NCBI GenBank assembly: GCA_965223345.1 | Contig: CBDCWG010000012.1 | Location: forward strand, 1,312,001 to 1,376,000 | DNA: 64,000 nucleotides | Source of the DNA: Nitrospinales bacterium | GTDB taxonomy: Bacteria; Nitrospinota; Nitrospinia; Nitrospinales; VA-1 | Direction of reading: 5' to 3' | Shown here: positions 60,586 to 64,000 of the stretch, piece after piece | How positions within the stretch are numbered: position 1 is the stretch's first letter | How the letters are laid out: the number at the start of each line of letters is the position of its first letter | The notes under the pieces: model-generated | What the model saw: the letters and a program-made list of their open reading frames with translations, nothing else | What the model was told of the DNA's origin: nothing | Databases searched by the model: none | Position numbers and translations under genes: made by a program

Positions 60586-62004
60586 TCAGAACTTCACGTC
60601 AAACTGGAGGTAGGCCCAGCTTGCGTTGTCACCGCCGGTGGCGTTGACGCCACCACCCGTTGCCGTGCGGCGGAAAAGGGATTCTGCCCAGAAATGGGAG
60701 AAGCCGGCGCTGATGGTGGTGTTGGCGTTGTACTTGTGCACCAGCGTCAGATCCAGCTCGTGGCCCAGATCGTTGTCGTCGAAACGAGTCGCTGCTTGAC
60801 CGGACAGATTGGGAGATCCGTTCGGGCCTTCAGCGGTGGTGAAATAATGCCAGTCGGCCTTGAACACCCAGTTGTTGCGGGGCTGGATCGAGGTCTTGAC
60901 TGCGTAGTCCACCAAGCCCAGGAAGTTGGTGTTGTTCCCGTTGTTCGGCAGGAACAGGTCCATGAAGCCGTAGAACTTATGGCCGGTGTCGAACAGGGTG
61001 TTGAAGGTGCTGAATTCACCGCCTCGGACGTCATCTTCCGAAGTTCCGGAGAGGTAGTCGTACCAGAGGGTGATGCTCGGTTTCCACATCACGTTGGTGA
61101 ACTTCTTGCCGACGCGAGCGCCGAACATGTAGGCTTCGCGGTCGATTTCGGAGCCCGGTCCGGTGACGATGCCGTTGGCTCCATAGGCGCCGATGTTGGA
61201 AGCGGTCGCTTCCGCGCCGCCGAACTGGTAGTAGAACTCACCGCGGTAGTCGATGCCGAACAGCTGGCCTGCCTGCCGTGCGCCGATGGTGTAGATGTTG
61301 TTGTCCGAAGGTCCGGCCGTGGCTGCGTTGCCAGAGTTGAGACCGGCTTCGTCATCGATGGCGACAAAATAGAGAGACAAACCGCCGCCGAGGATGCCCT
61401 GCAGGTTGGCCCACAGGATGTAAGCGTCCACATCGTCCGGATCCGCTGCGGAACCCTGTCCACCATCGTTGGCGCGGGAATAGACCAGCGCGATGGTGTG
61501 GTTGCCGGCGCTGTGAGTCAGGCGTACGGCATCGTGGGTCTGTGCGCCTTCGGTCCAGCCGGTGTTGCCCAGCAGCCTGTGACCGTCGAGCACCACTTCC
61601 TGGCGACCCAGTTTCAGGTCTGCGGGAAGGCCGAACAGATTTTTGTGCGTGAAGTACGCCTGGTGGACACCGACGGACGCATCCGCGTCGTTGGCGCTGA
61701 AGGCTGCGTTGCCCGCACCCTGTTCTGCACCGGCACCGCCGATGTTGTTACCCCAAACACGGGTGCTCTGCAATTGAATGAAAGCACTGGTGTCGGGCAG
61801 GATGTCCGCCTTGGCGTGCAGGCGCACACGGGAACTGATGAAGAAATCCGCGGACGTGCTGTCGTTGAAATCATGTTGCTCGTTGATTTCGAAGCGAGGC
61901 CGGATTTGTCCGCCAAAATCGACGCTCGCCGCTTCCGCAATCGTGGTTCCGACAAAAAGCGCCGCAACCATTCCTGCTACTGCAGTCAAAAAATTCTTTT
62001 TCAT
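60586..62004 (-). CDS. alginate-export-family outer-membrane porin
   Basis: Signal peptide; GGQIRPRFE, KLGRQE, RLLG, HKFYGFMD, DLGHELDL; terminal Phe; GGAGG RBS. Confidence 0.88.
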   Translation of the reverse strand: MKKNFLTAVAGMVAALFVGTTIAEAASVDFGGQIRPRFEINEQHDFNDSTSADFFISSRVRLHAKADILPDTSAFIQLQSTRVWGNNIGGAGAEQGAGNAAFSANDADASVGVHQAYFTHKNLFGLPADLKLGRQEVVLDGHRLLGNTGWTEGAQTHDAVRLTHSAGNHTIALVYSRANDGGQGSAADPDDVDAYILWANLQGILGGGLSLYFVAIDDEAGLNSGNAATAGPSDNNIYTIGARQAGQLFGIDYRGEFYYQFGGAEATASNIGAYGANGIVTGPGSEIDREAYMFGARVGKKFTNVMWKPSITLWYDYLSGTSEDDVRGGEFSTFNTLFDTGHKFYGFMDLFLPNNGNNTNFLGLVDYAVKTSIQPRNNWVFKADWHYFTTAEGPNGSPNLSGQAATRFDDNDLGHELDLTLVHKYNANTTISAGFSHFWAESLFRRTATGGGVNATGGDNASWAYLQFDVKF

Positions 62005-62125
62005 ACCTGTCTCCTCCAAGAAATGGTTCTACTTGTAAAAAACAATAAAAACGTTGGAAAAACGTTTGTTATTTCCGTTCCGTTTGTAGAAACCAAGCAG
62101 ATAAAGGTGGCAACTTTACATTGAA

Positions 62126-62154
62126 AGTATAAATTACAACCCAGTTTAAATCAA
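62126..62154 (-). promoter_or_regulatory. sigma-70 promoter of the porin gene
   Basis: TTGATT-N17-TATACT in AT-rich intergenic DNA. Confidence 0.65.
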
Positions 62155-62284
62155 GCACTTTATGGGGAATTCCGTGAGCCGCTAGTCCGTCGAATCACCT
62201 CCTGTTCGTGTACTTTTTTTCGTTTTTTTTAAAGTGAATTCCGGTACGTTTTTCGCGAATTTTTTTCGCAAGCCCAAAGGGCTC

Positions 62285-64000
62285 TTATCGACTTTTCAAG
62301 TCGTAGCTGAAAACGGTGCTGCGGGTATTACCGAACACCCCTTCTTTCACGACGGTTGCCACATGAACCTTCTTATCGGAATTCCCCCGCATGTTCATGA
62401 CTTGGTAGGCTGCGAGGTATCCCTTTTGTTTTTTGGTCTCGAAAGCCTTTTCAAGACCTTCCGCCGTGACCTTTAAAACCACGATGCTGCTGTTCTCGAT
62501 GACGACAGCTCTAGCGAGCCATTCCCCGCCGACTCGATGATTGCGCGGCAGCAGAAGGAATTGATTCTCTCCTGCCTGGACGAACTCCAATCTGCCTTTA
62601 AAATGAACGGGTTCGCCTTGTACTACGACCCCTGCGACGTCTTCTGTGACGCCCACGTCGATCTGCCTGGGATCATGGCCATAATAATCATTTGATTTTA
62701 CTAGCAATCGGCCGCTCGCAGAATATACCCGTAAATGGTAGTCAGTGTCAAGGACAATTGTGTCCGTACGGCCGTCCTGTGTCACGTCCGTCTGCGTCAA
62801 TCCATACACGATGAATTCGGTGCCGCGTATGCTCGGTACGTCGAGTTGTTTGCCTTCACGGTATTCATTGTTTTTAAACTCGATCCATCTTATCGGCCCA
62901 TGAAACGGATCCTGGAATCCGGGGCTTTGCGCCATGAGCCGGCTGCCCCCGCCGGGAGGGTGAATGATGCGGAAATAAAAATTCACATCCTTCCAGATTT
63001 TTTGCGGCTTCTTGCTACCGGGAACGAATTCAAGCGCAAAGGACTCGAGCCGGTTGTCCATCTGATTGGTGACGAAGATCTCCTCCCTGCCGTTGCCGTT
63101 GATGTCGCCCACATCCACCGCCAGGAACCAGTTGATGCCTTCTTTGGTTTTGATCTGGCCGATGCGTTTCAACTGGTTGTTGCGGAATTGAAAGATCAGG
63201 ACCCGGTGGCGGTCGATGATGATGACTTCCTCTTCGCCGTCGCCGTTGATGTCGCCGACGTCGAGATCGACGACCTCGAACGGCAGCTCGTGCTTGCCGA
63301 TGTAATTCAACAACCCGTCCGGTGTGGCGAAGCTCGACTGCACCTCCTGCTCCCGTTGCTGTTTTTTTGAGACCTGCGGAGCGGGCTTAGGCAGCGGACC
63401 GGTGAGGACGCTGCTGCGTTTTTTCAGAGATCCGTCCTCGGCGGAAAACAACTGATAGTTCAACGCGGTTTTCCCTTTCACGGTCCGCAGGGTCGGCACG
63501 AGGATGAAATCCGCCTTCACCTGCGTGCGCAGGCGGCGCAGTCCTTCGGCTTGCATGAGGGATTTTGCCTGGATGCCGTTTTCCAGCATCCACAGTTCCA
63601 GGTCGAAAGCGGGGATCTCAAAGCGCGGATGTTGTTTGAACCGTTGTTCGAGGTTCCATTTCAAACGGCCGGCGCCGGTTTTCTGTTTTGATTTCGTCTG
63701 GGGCGGCGCGATGAGAAGCACGATTTTTTTGAACCGGCTGCGCACGCCGTCGCCGGGGCGCACCGTGTCTTTGAGTTTCACGCCGCGGGCCAGGGAGAAA
63801 TCCTTGCGCACATCGATGATCTCGACGATGCCGAGATCGGTTTCCCGGCGTCCCACTTTCTTTTTGGTGACCGGGTGGACGATCTCTTCGCCGTAACGGA
63901 TCAGGTTCAGTTTGTCTCCGGTCTGAATGGGCTGCCCTTGTTTGAGATCGAGGGTGAGCGTGTTTTTTTCGACCGAAAGGACGTATCCCTCGACTTCGGG
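62285..64000 (-). CDS. FG-GAP/VCBS-repeat protein, 5' end beyond the window
   Basis: GDINGDGEEE, GDINGNGREE and DVTQDGRTD repeats; frame open to 64000 (GEEIVHPVT motif near the window end). Confidence 0.82.
   Translation of the reverse strand, partial: PEVEGYVLSVEKNTLTLDLKQGQPIQTGDKLNLIRYGEEIVHPVTKKKVGRRETDLGIVEIIDVRKDFSLARGVKLKDTVRPGDGVRSRFKKIVLLIAPPQTKSKQKTGAGRLKWNLEQRFKQHPRFEIPAFDLELWMLENGIQAKSLMQAEGLRRLRTQVKADFILVPTLRTVKGKTALNYQLFSAEDGSLKKRSSVLTGPLPKPAPQVSKKQQREQEVQSSFATPDGLLNYIGKHELPFEVVDLDVGDINGDGEEEVIIIDRHRVLIFQFRNNQLKRIGQIKTKEGINWFLAVDVGDINGNGREEIFVTNQMDNRLESFALEFVPGSKKPQKIWKDVNFYFRIIHPPGGGSRLMAQSPGFQDPFHGPIRWIEFKNNEYREGKQLDVPSIRGTEFIVYGLTQTDVTQDGRTDTIVLDTDYHLRVYSASGRLLVKSNDYYGHDPRQIDVGVTEDVAGVVVQGEPVHFKGRLEFVQAGENQFLLLPRNHRVGGEWLARAVVIENSSIVVLKVTAEGLEKAFETKKQKGYLAAYQVMNMRGNSDKKVHVATVVKEGVFGNTRSTVFSYDLKSR

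Overview
GC-rich, gene-dense bacterial chromosomal window from a diderm (outer-membrane beta-barrels, lipoproteins). The gene set (futalosine-pathway mqnC, fused cobA-hemD, hpnA, long-form dcd, alginate-export-family porin) suggests a Nitrospina-like or deltaproteobacterial organism; this is inference only. About 50 CDS are supportable. They include housekeeping genes (cysD/cysN, cysS, dcd, scpB, rluB, rsmA, pdxA, pckA, prfB with its programmed +1 frameshift), a ~20 kb glycosylation region (GT2, GT4, three GT-C-like membrane transferases, methyltransferases, epimerases; 35958-55666), hopanoid-linked genes and envelope proteins. No rRNA, tRNA, CRISPR array or intact mobile element was seen. Best leads: (1) a lipoprotein built from four in-register HxxH repeats, coupled to an outer-membrane barrel (candidate metal-capture system); (2) an adjacent full-length tyrosine recombinase lacking its catalytic Tyr, His and Lys, with a clean promoter bracketed by an inverted repeat; (3) a membrane-anchored TPR-cupredoxin-FTR1-like fusion; (4) a CysN fused to a degenerate APS kinase; (5) a GT4 gene frameshifted at a T9 tract; (6) a TMTC-like GT-C/TPR fusion. 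All family assignments come from motif recognition by eye, without database searches.
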